A DNA stretch of 63,037 bases, the filler included, from Octopus bimaculoides (lineage: Eukaryota), in NCBI RefSeq assembly GCF_001194135.2. It is 7 parts of 5 records of this genome, joined end to end, with 100 filler letters (N's around TTAATTAATTAA, not from the genome) between each part and the next. Parts side by side here need not be neighbours in the genome. Positions count along the whole stretch, not along the records: positions 8,391 to 23,310 come from NC_068985.1; positions 23,411 to 37,025 come from NC_068981.1; 5 more parts are not named here. One strand, given 5' to 3'. The notes beneath the pieces were generated by a model. That model made no database searches and was not told the DNA's origin. It worked only from the letters and a program-made list of their open reading frames with translations. A program made the position numbers and the translations under genes. Position 1 is the stretch's first letter, and the number at the start of each line of letters is the position of its first letter. Shown in pieces: positions 11,683 through 24,402 of this stretch.

Positions 11683-14600
11683 TATTATATGTATTTGGCA
11701 ATATCTATGAGAGAATGGAATTATTTGATTGAGAGAATATTTTAGTCTATATCCCACAGATATGATTTGCTTTATGAGCAATATTATCCAGGAGTTAACA
11801 CGTTAATTACGTATCAATTAGATGTAATAAAAAACATAATGACTATGATATTCAAACACTGGTAAATTATTCGATATCATGTTCTGCTTAAACTAAACAC
11901 TCGTTGTGTTTCATATTCAGCTAGGAAACACGAATGAGTTGCTCCGCGCAAATTTTGAGGTTACTATATTAACTAAACTTGTGTTGGCTTTTCATATACA
12001 ATGCCTAGATACTCTGTTTAGTTCTACATGGATATTAACAGTATTTCGTCACTCTAAAATATAATAAAAGCTATCCGAACCTCTTTTCTATAACCGTTTT
12101 CTGACAGTTTTTACGAGTTTATTTTTCCTTATTCCTTTTAATTAGAAAATAATTGAAACACTACAAATAAAGCGATGTAAAAATTTTATCATTTTTGTGC
12201 CTAACTGTTATTTTAATTGATATACTTCCATTGATTGATACTGTAGCTCTACTAAAAAAATTGTTTATTTTAATAAATAGTATTTCGCTGAGTTCATTCT
12301 AAAGCTAAACATTATTTCCGAAAATATCTCGAGACTCAGAAATTGTCTTCTGAGTAAATTGTTGCTTCCATTTTTCTCGCTAATATAAATTAACATTTAT
12401 TTCGTGGAAGGTTAATGTTTTTCATTATTGTTATTATTTACTATCTTCACGATTATACATCCAATTATTATATTTTCCATCTAAATTTTCTTTTCTAAAT
12501 TTGAAAACTCCAAGATTATTACAACCAAATAAAATTAAAGAACAAATAGGACATAGGGCTTTATATTTACAAACAATTAGAGCTATTTAAAGAAGTAGTT
12601 TCAGGTAGAAAATTGTTTATGAAAGGCAACGAAATGAAATAAAACATTTCCATTAATATTTACAGCAGTTAAACTAAAATTTATAAAATAGGCGAGGCGA
12701 AGATCTTGAACAATAATTAGAAATGGGTACAATATAGCGAAGAGATCAAACAGCTATGATTCTAATTTCAGCTTAAATTGTATTGTTTGAAAGAACTCCG
12801 TTGCAATCACAAAATACTCGAATTAGATTCTAATTCTCCTTTTCAAATATTCCGACGAAAAGAATTCTAAGATAATTTGTTTAAAAGTTTATTTTGAATT
12901 TATGTATTCGCGTAGGCGCATGATAATCATGTTTAGTTATCTTTGAACACGTTAGCAAATAGTTATATTTAATTTGAAACGGCATATTGTAGACATATTA
13001 ACCGAAAAACTTCTTTTCTAAACAAACTTGTTTAATAATCGATCTTGCATTGAAATGTAAATAGCAGTGTTATAGGCTAATATCTTGACAACAAACTGGT
13101 TGTGTAAGTACAGCAGAGACAGTGAATATCTCATTGACTCTTCACATATTTCCTAAGTACGCAGTTCATATCACACTAAGGCAAATTTTGCACTTCACCG
13201 ACTGTAAAGTTGTAAGACAAATGACCAGAGCAAGGCACTAGATAAGAGGAACCATTTGAATGTTTCGTTTCTGTCGGTTGGTTCTTTGTTTCCTGGCCAT
13301 AAAATGTGATACTACTCTGTTTCAAGTATGATTTGACGATTATTGAATGAAGCGTTTAGTGTAACAGCTATAAGCGATAGTCAATAGTTTGTTACTGCTA
13401 AGAGAACTTCAAGAGATGTGATGGTGAAGCTGAAGTTTACATAAAAAATTAAAAGCGGGAAGTGCACACATGCCTATGAAATTGAGATAAAGAGGGATCT
13501 AGCACAATTTGTGTCCTAGACTTCACATGTGAGAGCATCGACACAGGATATCATAAGATACCTAACCCACACCTGATATGTCTACAATACTGTGCAACGA
13601 TTGTGTTGCTTTCAAGATATATGCCAACAGCATTAATTTTCTAATATAATTACAAGAGGTATGCCCTTCTACTAAAAATACCCTTTCAGATATTTTGGGA
13701 ATATATTCTCCAATAAACATTCTGCGCTTGCAAATTCTAAAACCAACATGGGCTAGTAACTGAAGTATTTCGATTTACAAAAGCCTAAACAATTTCATTA
13801 AAAACTGTAGCAATTTCACAAATGATATACGGATAAAATCTATTTAAATTGTTCCTCAGCGTTATTCCACTCCATATAATCTCCAAACGTGAGACACTTT
13901 GACTATGAATGAAATGTTAAGCTGCATAAAATGGAGATATATATGATTCATTTGTCACATTGAAATCTCAGATCTCCGACATTTCATACATAATAATGAA
14001 GATATGTAGAGATAACGCTCCAGTGAATACACAGTTGATAATGNNNNNNNNNNNNNNNNNNNNNNNNNNNNNNNNNNNNNNNNNNNNNNNNNNNNNNNNN
14101 NNNNNNNNNNNNNNNNNNNNNNNNNNNNNNNNNNNNNNNNNNNNNNNNNNNNNNNNNNNNNNNNNNNNNNNNNNNNNNNNNNNNNNNNNNNNNNNNNNNN
14201 NNNNNNNNNNNTATATATATACATACGTATGTATGTATATACATTTATACATCTGTATGTGCGTGTATGCACACATATATACGTGTGTTTGTATGCTATA
14301 CACACACGTCTCTAAAGGTGAAATCGAATCGAAAACTATATGCATATGTATGGAAGTGTATGCGTGTGTGTTGTTGTATTTGTCGTTTTCACATTCGTGA
14401 ATGCAACGATATCCAGAAGATACTGATTCTCAAAATGTGGTAATGCGTCTGCAATTCTTTATTAAAGTGGTTTTTCTGAGAAACACTATGGCTAATGTTG
14501 GCTCAGAACACTATAAAAACTTACAATTATTTCATTGTAAATTAGCTCTGATCCATGAGATTGATAATAGAACGAATGTGAGATAAGAACAGGAATACTA

Positions 14601-15126
14601 TATATCTAAAATAAAATTAGTAAATTGCATGTAAATTTTTAATAATAAACTTTTTATCTACTGTTTGCGTCAATAATCTCTAACACAAAATAGAATTTCT
14701 GAATTCTATTGTAAATAATAAAATATGATCAATGATACTTCAGATAAGAAACCAACAACAACTATGCCAAGTATATCATGTTAGACTTTATTTCCATTCC
14801 GCTGTGTACTTCAGATTTACAAATATGCCGTAGCTATATATACATTCATACATACATACATACCTACATCATACATACACAGACACACACACAGACACAC
14901 ACACACACACACACACATACATACACACACACATATATACACACACACACACACACAAATATATATATGTATATACATGGCGAGTGGAAAATAACTAGAC
15001 ATTAGAAACTGTTTATAGAACTTTTAGCATCACTGAAGTCATGACAAAAGTATTTTTTAAACAGACAACACTAATGGGGATTTCTGATATTCTTATTGTC
15101 TTATATCTTATTTTTTTATTTTCCAG

Positions 15127-15500
15127 ATGGCCAAGCGCTTGACTATTCAGGAGCGTCCTAAGATAGCAGCACGTTATGAAGTGTGTAATTCCATTGTTTT
15201 GGTTCAGAGCTGGTGTGCATGGAAAGGTAAGCATGAAATACTTTGTCCGGAGACAATAAAAAGTTGTCAAGCAAAGGTGATGACCACGAAAAAGTGGCCG
15301 TCCCACCACATCCCGATCAGTAGAAACCGTTGCAACAGAGCAAGAAATGTTTTATCGCAGCTCACAAAAAATCAGCTCTTCAGGGAGCTTGTGGAAGTGA
15401 ACAAACAAGACACACAATACGTAGAGGGCCGCATAAATCATTGAATTTTCGTCCGTGGAAACCTCATTACAGGCGGGAGATAAAGGCTAACGACTATGAA
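15127..15500 (+). mobile_element. Tc1/mariner-type transposase N-terminal HTH region, decayed
   Basis: MAKRLTIQERPKIAARYEVCNSIVLVQSW... then frameshifted GRPTTSRSVETVATEQEMFYRSSQKS and SLNFRPWKPHY, typical of DUF4817-type HTH transposase N-termini; catalytic region absent. Confidence 0.8.
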
Positions 15501-15570
15501 ATCCAGAAGTCCAGACGTCCAGAGATCCAAGAAGGCTATATCTCACTATATGTGATTTTTACCTGTAGGG

Positions 15571-15603
<33 letters not shown>

Positions 15604-17409
15604 CATCCTTCTTCTCATTCCCACCAGACCATAAGTGTCCCGCCTGCAGCAGAAAGCTCCGAACACGCATCTGACTGAATGACCACATATGAATATTCCG
15701 TCACCTGTCCTCTTCCGTGTGATGTCTCTAGACATCGTCGACAACGATGGACAAATTTACAATAATGAATAGGGTTTTAATTAAAGGGCAATATATTTTG
15801 TGAGAATATATGCTACTTCAACTCTTTACTCTTATTCAGATTGGAATGCATAATAAATATTTCACAAACAATTCCAGTAATATTCATAAAACTACATTCA
15901 TTAAGTCGTTTCAAATATTTCTGACATTTATGTTCTGAGTTCAAATGATGCTGAAGTCGGCTTTGTAAGTCATGCTTTTAAGATTGCTGAAATATGTATC
16001 ACTTGATCATGTGCGTTAATATATTCGACTTCGCTCCTTCTTTAAAACTGCTCTCCCTGTACCAAAATTATAGCCCATTAAGAAATTTATCTGCAGAGAG
16101 GATGTGGTACAATGTCGCCTTGTGAATCACGATTCCTGCATGAGAGGAATTATAAACGAAGAAAATATAAAGACTGAAAATGTTACGAAATTTTCAATGA
16201 AATCTGTTACGGGTTGTGTTATTATGCAGCAACCCAATGAAATGACTCGTCGAAAGTGTAAACAGGTTGATGTACCTAAAGTGAGTTAATGTGTGAACGT
16301 ATTAGGCAAATAATGCTTTGGATGAAAATCGTGAATAGTGAAAAGCCGAATGGGTAGTCTCATTAAATCTGTGAAAAAGTAAGGGTTAATCGACATTTTG
16401 ACAAGATAATATAATGTCGTTCATCTAATTAATATAGTCCATAATAGATATCTATTTTTATAGAAATTAGTTGACTTCGTAGACCGTCCACAGTTTAATA
16501 AGAAACAACGACCAAGTATTAAAGGTAGATTTGTTATTTTGTATACATATATACATATACATACATACATGTGTGTGTGTGGGGGGGGGTGCGTATGTGT
16601 GTGTGTGTGTATGTGCGTGTGAGTGTATAAACTTACAAATTCACAACCCAATAAATAAAATCACATTAAACAAATGACAGAAACCAACCAAATGGAATTA
16701 CACATTTACAAATCCAGTATGAACAATATTTTCCTGAAAAGTCGTCTTTAAGTTACCAAATGCAATTGTTAATGGCGTGTATACATAATCCTCGGCCCGC
16801 CATTCACATACATATACACACGCCTAATTTCGCCCCTCGTGTAAGTATCTGTGTGCATTAACAGCGCCCTTGAGTTATTTACACACACATACATGTAAGC
16901 AAACATTCATTTAAACCCTTTATGGCGTACATACTTTTTCCAACCCATTTCCACACAGCGTGACAGATTACTTACACCTCAGGAATTTACCGTTAGCACT
17001 TTAGTATAATACATAGATAATGAGGTCTATTCAGGATCGTGCCTTTGCTGAAGCAGTTTATCAACATAGATTTCAAAGTTATTTGCAAAAGAAATTACGA
17101 AACACACAAACATGCAGTGGAATACTTGATTGCACAGAATACTAAATAAGATAACACTTACATTGTGTGACAACAGCTAAAAGTAATATAGTATTTGATT
17201 TTAATAAATAGAAACCTGGACTTAAGTGCGACTCGAAACACAGTAACTCTCCAAAAGAACTGTGCATATCCAAATCACATTCCAGAAATTTTATTTGCCT
17301 TTTTAAGCCTATATAATAACTGACGTATAATTTGTTCACCTTCGTTCAAATTTAGTGCCGCTGCTCACTTTACAACACAATCGTAGATATGAGTCTCTCT
17401 CTCTCTCTC

Positions 17410-17445
17410 TCTCCGACGAAGGGCTCCGCCCGAAACGTCATACTC
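17410..17445 (+). ncRNA. Hammerhead-ribozyme-like motif (Penelope-type minimal)
   Basis: CCGACGA-A-GGGC-tcc-GCCC-GAAAC-GTCA: variant core (U4 to C), 4-bp stem II, GAAAC, GUC site. Confidence 0.45.
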
Positions 17446-18069
17446 TCTCTCTCTTTCCTTTCCCGAGCATCTAATAACACTATCCGTATCACGTCCTCAC
17501 GTTGTTGTTTTTTGTTATTGTTTTTTGTCTTTTTTTTAACCNNNNNNNNNNNNNNNNNNNNNNNNNNNNNNNNNNNNNNNNNNNNNNNNNNNNNNNNNNN
17601 NNNNNNNNNNNNNNNNNNNNNNNNNNNNNNNNNNNNNNNNNNNNNNNNNNNNNNNNNNNNNNNNNNNNNNNNNNNNNNNNNNNNNNNNNNNNNNNNNNNN
17701 NNNNNNNNNNNNNNNNNNNNNNNNNNNNNNNNNNNNNNNNNNNNNNNNNNNNNNNNNNNNNNNNNNNNNNNNNNNNNNNNNNNNNNNNNNNNNNNNNNNN
17801 NNNNNNNNNNNNNNNNNNNNNNNNNNNNNATATATATATATATATATATATATATACAGGTGCATACATTGGAAAAAAAAACACTTTTAGCTATTTCAAA
17901 TAAGTTCATTATCTGGTATATGATCTCCTTATGGGCAATAGCTTGAATATATTATTTCGAGATATAAACTATATAAAGTTAATTGTTTGAAAGAACTGCA
18001 AATATCGTCTTGAGATTTTGCGTGGTGTTTTAATCACAACCTTAGTAAGTAGTGTTAGCTGTAATGCCT

Positions 18070-18330
18070 TGCAACTTCATCCTGCATAAGCTGCAACATT
18101 TGAGGATTTATAACATAATTATGCAACGTCAAATGTGCTTCATACATGATAACAAAACGAAAGTTATTTGAACTCCTGGCCGAGTTGCTTGATCAAGTTT
18201 GCAATAATTGACACACCACTGAATGTCTAAAAGTGTTACTGCAAACAGGTATAACATACACAATTCATTGCCTGCTCTTGGCTGGACTAAGACAGATTGT
18301 CTTCTTGATTAATCCAAGTTGTAACTAATA
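18070..18330 (-). mobile_element. Possible highly decayed Tc1/mariner transposase fragment
   Basis: Minus strand ...NNFRFVIMYEAHLTLHNYVINPQ resembles the FSDEAHFHLNGYVNKQN motif; several stops. Confidence 0.4.
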
Positions 18331-19282
18331 TATAGTTCCACAGAACTATGTTTAAATATTTGAGCTTAATCTATGAAAATAATTTCATTAATGTAAATAT
18401 TCGTTTAGACGTTAAAACTCACTAGATATTTTAGGTATGTTCTGTAGATATTTTAGGCATGTTTTGGCTAGACTTAAAATCTTGTATATGTTGTCAATTA
18501 CTTCGCTTACATTGTAACAGTTGTTTTTCATGAACTGATGCAGATATTTACAATTGTGTTTATGAGCTAAAGTTATATTCGACCATTTATGTATACTCTC
18601 TAATTGCCAGCGACTACGAGAAATGACGCAACATCGCTAGAATGTTGTAAATATTACATTTTGCTAAAGGACTGCATTTATATTATGTATATAAAAGAGA
18701 ATTGTGTGAGAAACAGGTGATAATAGTATCCTTCTGTACATCTTCATCTCCCAACAAACGCACCACGAATTTTATATATCTTCAATTTACATTTTGCCAG
18801 ACGTTGACCATTCCTATTTCAAGTATAGCGTTTATTGCTACGTTTTCACATATTTCGGTGAATCTTCGAATCAAAAACCATATGCCACAGTTTGTCATGT
18901 AGTAGTGAGGAACGATCGGAGAACAAAAGCATACACACACATACACACACACACATACACATATGATGGCCTACGATTCGTCTTATGTGTACAAAATCTA
19001 CTTAGAAAGCATTATTCATGTCTCAGGCTGAAATTTCATGGTACCAAGCAATAGGATACCCGGAACCATGTGTTTACGAAGCAAACTTCGCAGCCATGCC
19101 GTCTAGAAATTATGAAAATATATGTTTTTATAGAATGCTAAGAGGAATTTCTGTATTGTATCCTACAGTTTGTTTAATATTTATTTACATGCCAATATCA
19201 TTTTTCGAATTACACCCCCACCACGATTCTGATGTAGGGAACGGATGTTAACGATTGTACCATTTCGGAGGTATATAACCTT

Positions 19283-19698
19283 TTCAAATTCTGGCGTTGT
19301 TGTTTAGATCAATTTGCCAACCTCTGGGTTCCATTGGTAATTTATTCAATGAATTACAAATGATTTAATGACACAAGTCTACCTTGGTGGTATATGAACT
19401 CAGACTGTAAAGGACAAGAAACGCTGCTAATCATTTTCTCCAACCAATTAACGATTCTCCTAGATTTCTTTCTTTAATTTATATTTATAATGGCTTCGAA
19501 TCTCGGTAGAAGGCCAGGAAATACGTGAGAAAAGTTAAGTCGATTATATCAACCCTGGTGCTTAACTGGTACTTATTGTATCACCCACTATATGAAGAAA
19601 GTCAACTTCGGTGGGATTCGAACTGATAATCTAAAGCCGGAAGAAATGCTGACAAGAATTGTGTCCGGTGTGGTAATGATTTTGCTCGCTTATCGCCC
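19283..19698 (-). mobile_element. Two tandem degenerate SINE family A copies
   Basis: Family-A reverse-complement signatures at ~19283-19459 (TGAACTCAGACTGTAAAGG) and ~19488-19698 (ACTGGTACTTATT...AAAGTCAACTTCGGTGGGATTCGAACT). Confidence 0.7.
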
Positions 19699-20329
19699 CA
19701 GTAAATACGTGTTCTCTCTTCACACACAACAAATGTGTGTGATTTTTTTTTACGTCTAAATGGATATATTAAGGTACACGCCTTCGTCATTTCGTGTTGC
19801 CATAGTTTTAACACAATATATACCAAATCAAAACAGTATTGCGTTTTAGCTATTATGGGATACGAATGAATGTTCATATTAAATATGTGAATTTTTAGCA
19901 TAGCTAAATATTGACACACATCTACGACGTTTATGATGTGAAATTGTGATATAAAATATCTTCAAATATCTTCAAATATGATGAGTGATACTCTGATCAA
20001 AGGACTAGTGATGAAATGTCATGGCGTCTCTCCTTCATTCCAAGCGAGTAGGCTTGTGTTTTATGGAGAAGATACGCTGGCGGTATAAGCTAATATGAAT
20101 ATCAAAAGTTTATTAACCATGGTTTACTCCCTGAGAAGCTTGTTTGCCAGAATTCCAGAACAGACGCCTGAATTAATGTGTCTCTAAATCACTTTTCTAT
20201 TTCGTGTGATGGAAATAAAAATGGCCGCATGCAGGATTGACTCACAGGAAGTAGAATTTAGATTTTAGCCAAACTCTTCCGATATAATTTAACGGAAACA
20301 GAGTTAAGTGTACACTGTTTGGCTGCCAG

Positions 20330-20721
20330 AAATATGAGATATATACATAAATGACGGTAGCATATGCAACAATGATAACTGCATGGAACGTAGGATTAGC
20401 ACTGACATTGACTGTAGAACTCGAAATATAGTTTACAGCATAATATGCATTGGAGGTGCTTGTAAAAACATGAACATGACGTACATAGGGGAGACATCTA
20501 GGAGCATTGCGGAACGAGTAAATGGACATCCGAGACAATATGACGACAAAAAACAGTCCTCAATACTCTATCAACATGCCAAAGACCACAATGGAGGCAA
20601 TTTGGGTCAACTTGACATTCGCATCTTATCCAAGGACACAAAAGACGCAACACTCAGAGAAATACTGGAGTACGTCCTTATAAATGAAACTTCATCAATA
20701 CTAAATAGGAAATATACGTAG
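20330..20721 (+). mobile_element. Penelope-like element GIY-YIG endonuclease fragment
   Basis: ORF 20383-20721: CRTRNIVYSIIC..CKNMNMTYIGETSRSIAERVNGH...LYQHAKDH...LREILEYVLINETSSILN = VY/YIG, Arg, Glu and Asn motifs of PLE GIY-YIG. Confidence 0.85.
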
Positions 20722-21432
20722 TAGATATCATATCTCCATGCCTATAGTTTACACAAGTAGAGTTGAATAGTTACTGGGCTGTTATGTAGATGAATGTATG
20801 AGTGGGGGGTGGGTATATATGTGTATATGCACATGTATGTAAGTATATGCATAAGAAAAGAAACAGATCAACATACAAACGGATAGGTACATAAGTTGGG
20901 TGAACAGACCAGCACATATACGGAAATGGAGACTGAGAAAAATGACCATATATATACACACACACTTCACTTCACAAAGGGACTCATATGGAGACACGTG
21001 TCCACAAATATGGAGATGCACATCCATACATACAATCATGGTGCATAGTTGCAAAACAGACAAACACACACACACACACACACACACAGAAATGCACACA
21101 CAAAGAAACAGAGGTGCTTACATATACAAACACACGCTCACTCACACACATACATAAAGAATGCACAAGCACGGACATGCAAACACATGAATATGCAGAA
21201 TACACACATACACATTCACGCACTTACATACATATATACATATGCAACGAAATTTTTTGGAAAATATATATAATAAATAAGTGGAAATTTTAGCCGTGAC
21301 TATGTTGAATTATAAGGCACACAAAAAGATGACTCTCCTCAGAAATAACAGGATATGCTTCACCACACGAATTCACATAACGAATGTTTCAAACCAAATC
21401 CAAAAACGAAATATATGTATATATATATATAT

Positions 21433-22335
21433 AAACAATATATGAGTATATGCATATATATGTACATGTATGTATATACGTTCATCCACATGTACAAATA
21501 GNNNNNNNNNNNNNNNNNNNNNNNNNNNNNNNNNNNNNNNNNNNNNNNNNNNNNNNNNNNNNNNNNNNNNNNNNNNNNNNNNNNNNNNNNNNNNNNNNNN
21601 NNNNNNNNNNNNNNNNNNNNNNNNNNNNNNNNNNNNNNNNNNNNNNNNNNNNNNNNNNNNNNNNNNNNNNNNNNNNNNNNNNNNNNNNNNNNNNNNNNNN
21701 NNNNNNNNNNNNNNNNNNNNNNNNNNNNNNNNNNNNNNNNNNNNNNNNNNNNNNNNNNNNNNNNNNNNNNNNNNNNNNNNNNNNNNNNNNNNNNNNNNNN
21801 NNNNNNNNNNNNNNNNNNNNNNNNNNNNNNNNNNNNNNNNNNNNNNNNNNNNNNNNNNNNNNNNNNNNNNNNNNNNNNNNNNNNNNNNNNNNNNNNNNNN
21901 NNNNNNNNNNNNNNNNNNNNNNNNNNNNNNNNNNNNNNNNNNNNNNNNNNNNNNNNNNNNNNNNNNNNNNNNNNNNNNNNNNNNNNNNNNNNNNNNNNNN
22001 NNNNNNNNNNNNNNNNNNNNNNNNNNNNNNNNNNNNNNNNNNNNNNNNNNNNNNNNNNNNNNNNGAGAGATAGTAGTAGTAACGATGAGAGGCGAAGGAC
22101 GAGTAACAAGAGATAGAGAGATAGAGAGAGAGAGAGAGAAGTAGAGACAGGTAGAGGCGAAGAACAGTAGAGGGAAGAATGAGAGGGGGAGATAGAAATA
22201 GAGCGATTCGCGTTAGAAAAATAGTTAAAAACTTACTGTATAAAGGTAACGCGTGCGTTCTGTCGTGATACAAACAATATATGAGTATATGCATATATAT
22301 GTACATGTATGTATATACGTTCATCCACATGTACA
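21433..22335 (+). repeat. Exact 64-bp direct repeat pair (21433-21496 and 22272-22335)
   Basis: AAACAATATATGAG...TTCATCCACATGTACA identical at both sites, flanking a gap and a GA-rich segment. Confidence 0.9.
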
Positions 22336-22976
22336 TATATATACATAACTGGGTACATGACGTTGCAAAAGAACATTGACAATATGTTTCCGTCGCCCGT
22401 AATTTAGGGTGTCTGGAAAACAGAGACGGTTAGAATAACTACTGGGTTATGAAATACATAAAAACATACACTTAATTGATAATTGGATGGATCCATTCAA
22501 CGCAATTTTATTTTCAAGGCAGTCCGCTAACATGTCCGTGGTATTGCGACTGAAACAAAACAAAGACACTATAGATTATTAAATGATTCTCTTATTTCAA
22601 TCAGTATTTCATTTACTGGAACGCAACTAAAGTACTATTCCAGTTTAGCAGTGTTTTCAGGCCAATATCTCCGTTGAATTATTCAGGAATTTGTTTGTTA
22701 ATGAGCTCTTCAAATTTACATTAAGATTATGATAACCCAATAACATGAAAACTATTTTTGCTATTTTAACACATTTTTTTTATTCTGTACAGTGCATGCT
22801 AGAGCGGATTGCAAATAGGTCAGATCAATTATATTGATCTATATACAACAGATCAGGTCACTTGCTATGCAAGTGCATCTCCGTAATATATATATANNNN
22901 NNNNNNGATGTGCGTGTGTGTGTGTGTGTGTGTGTGCATACATCTGTGTGTATTTGAACATGTATGTGTGTTTGTG

Positions 22977-23240
22977 AGCCACGGCAATATCCTAGAGGTT
23001 AGATAGAGCATTGCTGTCGCAATTGGTGGTTCATATTTTCGAATCTAGGACCGGGCGTTGCGTTATATGCTGGAGCATAAATGCCTAATTTCACGTTGCT
23101 CTGGTCCAATTCGCTATAAATTCCTAACACTTTGACGGCATAACACTCCAGTCAGAGTGAATGTTGGCATACTGGCCCTGTCAGCGGGGTGGAAACTATC
23201 GAAATCTAGGAAATCTAAAAGCATACCGCGTATTAACTAA
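22977..23240 (+). mobile_element. Degenerate SINE family B
   Basis: GGACCGGGCGTTGCGTT...AATTTCACGTTGCTCTGGTCC matches the B head/core. Confidence 0.55.
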
Positions 23241-23271
23241 CGATACTCTGCCTTGCATACATACATACGTA

Positions 23272-23310
<39 letters not shown>

Positions 23311-23410
23311 NNNNNNNNNNNNNNNNNNNNNNNNNNNNNNNNNNNNNNNNNNNNTTAATTAATTAANNNNNNNNNNNNNNNNNNNNNNNNNNNNNNNNNN
23401 NNNNNNNNNN

Positions 23411-23815
23411 GTAGACAACAAACAGATGTATTAGTTTAACGCTCGGCAAGGGAAAAAGTCTTTAACGTTTCGAGCCTACGCTCTTCCACAGAAAGAAACA
23501 AGGAGAGAAAATAAAGAATATGTACTGGCTAGATAAGAAAGTTTAGAAAGTATAAAAAAGTTACGAAAAGTTCAAAAGGTTCAAAAGCTTCGAACGCCGT
23601 GGTGTATTGGAGCGATTTTTCATCAACAGAAGAGTCAAGTGTAATCCATGGGCAGGAGAGGTGTAGCTGAAGTGTACTAGAGTCCAGGTAGAGAATCGGT
23701 AAAAGTTCGTTGGGTGGTAAGAGGGGACAGGATCAACTGGTGCGATCACGTGAGCGTGTAATATATGGGGAGAATTCACAAAAGAAAAAAAGACGAAGAC
23801 AGGTGGTGTAGAGAA
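23411..23815 (-). mobile_element. Probable Penelope-like terminal region with hammerhead-like motif
   Basis: Minus strand 23491-23463: CTGTGGA-A-GAGC-gtag-GCTC-GAAAC-GTTA, followed by TTGCCGAGCGTTAAACTAATAC resembling TTCCCGAGCATCTAATAAC downstream of the 17410 motif. Confidence 0.45.
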
Positions 23816-23816
23816 C

Positions 23817-23862
<46 letters not shown>

Positions 23863-23869
23863 TGTGATT

Positions 23870-24070
23870 TCTGATTTAGGCTCTAGGCACAAGGCTAATA
23901 ATTTTGAGGAAAGCGAGTCGGTCGATACAATCAATATCTATATATTTCTGGCGCTTTAATTTTATTGACTTCAAAAAGATGAAAGTCAAACGTGACCACG
24001 ACGGACTTGAGCGCAGAATGAATAGAAGTTAAACAAGTACTGCAAAGAATTTTAACGGTACACTAACGTG
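23870..24070 (-). mobile_element. Degenerate SINE family A
   Basis: TAGGCACAAGGC tail, AAAGATGAAAGTCAAACGTGACC core, GTACTGCAAAGAATTTT head remnants. Confidence 0.5.
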
Positions 24071-24282
24071 TCTGCCTGCCTGCAAACGCATTTGCATGTT
24101 TCAATCTTTAGACTGCAGCCNNNNNNNNNNNNNNNNNNNNNNNNNNNNNNNNNNNNNNNNNNNNNNNNNNNNNNNNNNNNNNNNNNNNNNNNNNNNNNNN
24201 NNNNNNNNNNNNNNNNNNNNNNNNNNNNNNNNNNNNNNNNNNNNNNNNNNNNNNNNNNNNNNNNNNNNNNNNNNNNNNNNNN

Positions 24283-24402
24283 TCCATCTACCAAATTCAA
24301 TCTCATGGCATTGGCTGTCTCGGAGCTGCAGTAGAAGATACTTGACCAAGTTACCGCGCAGTGGGACTGAACCCTAAACCATACTGCCATGCCTGCGCCT
24401 AT
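24283..24402 (-). mobile_element. SINE family C, 5' part
   Basis: CTACCAAATTC...AGTAGAAGATACTTGACCAAG...GCAGTGGGACTGAACCC...CCTGCGCCTAT; internally deleted head; gap upstream. Confidence 0.8.

Noticed and set aside
13150-13900. Slightly GC-richer stretch that might be a transposon relic
   Set aside because: No recognisable motif in the frames inspected; cannot be supported.
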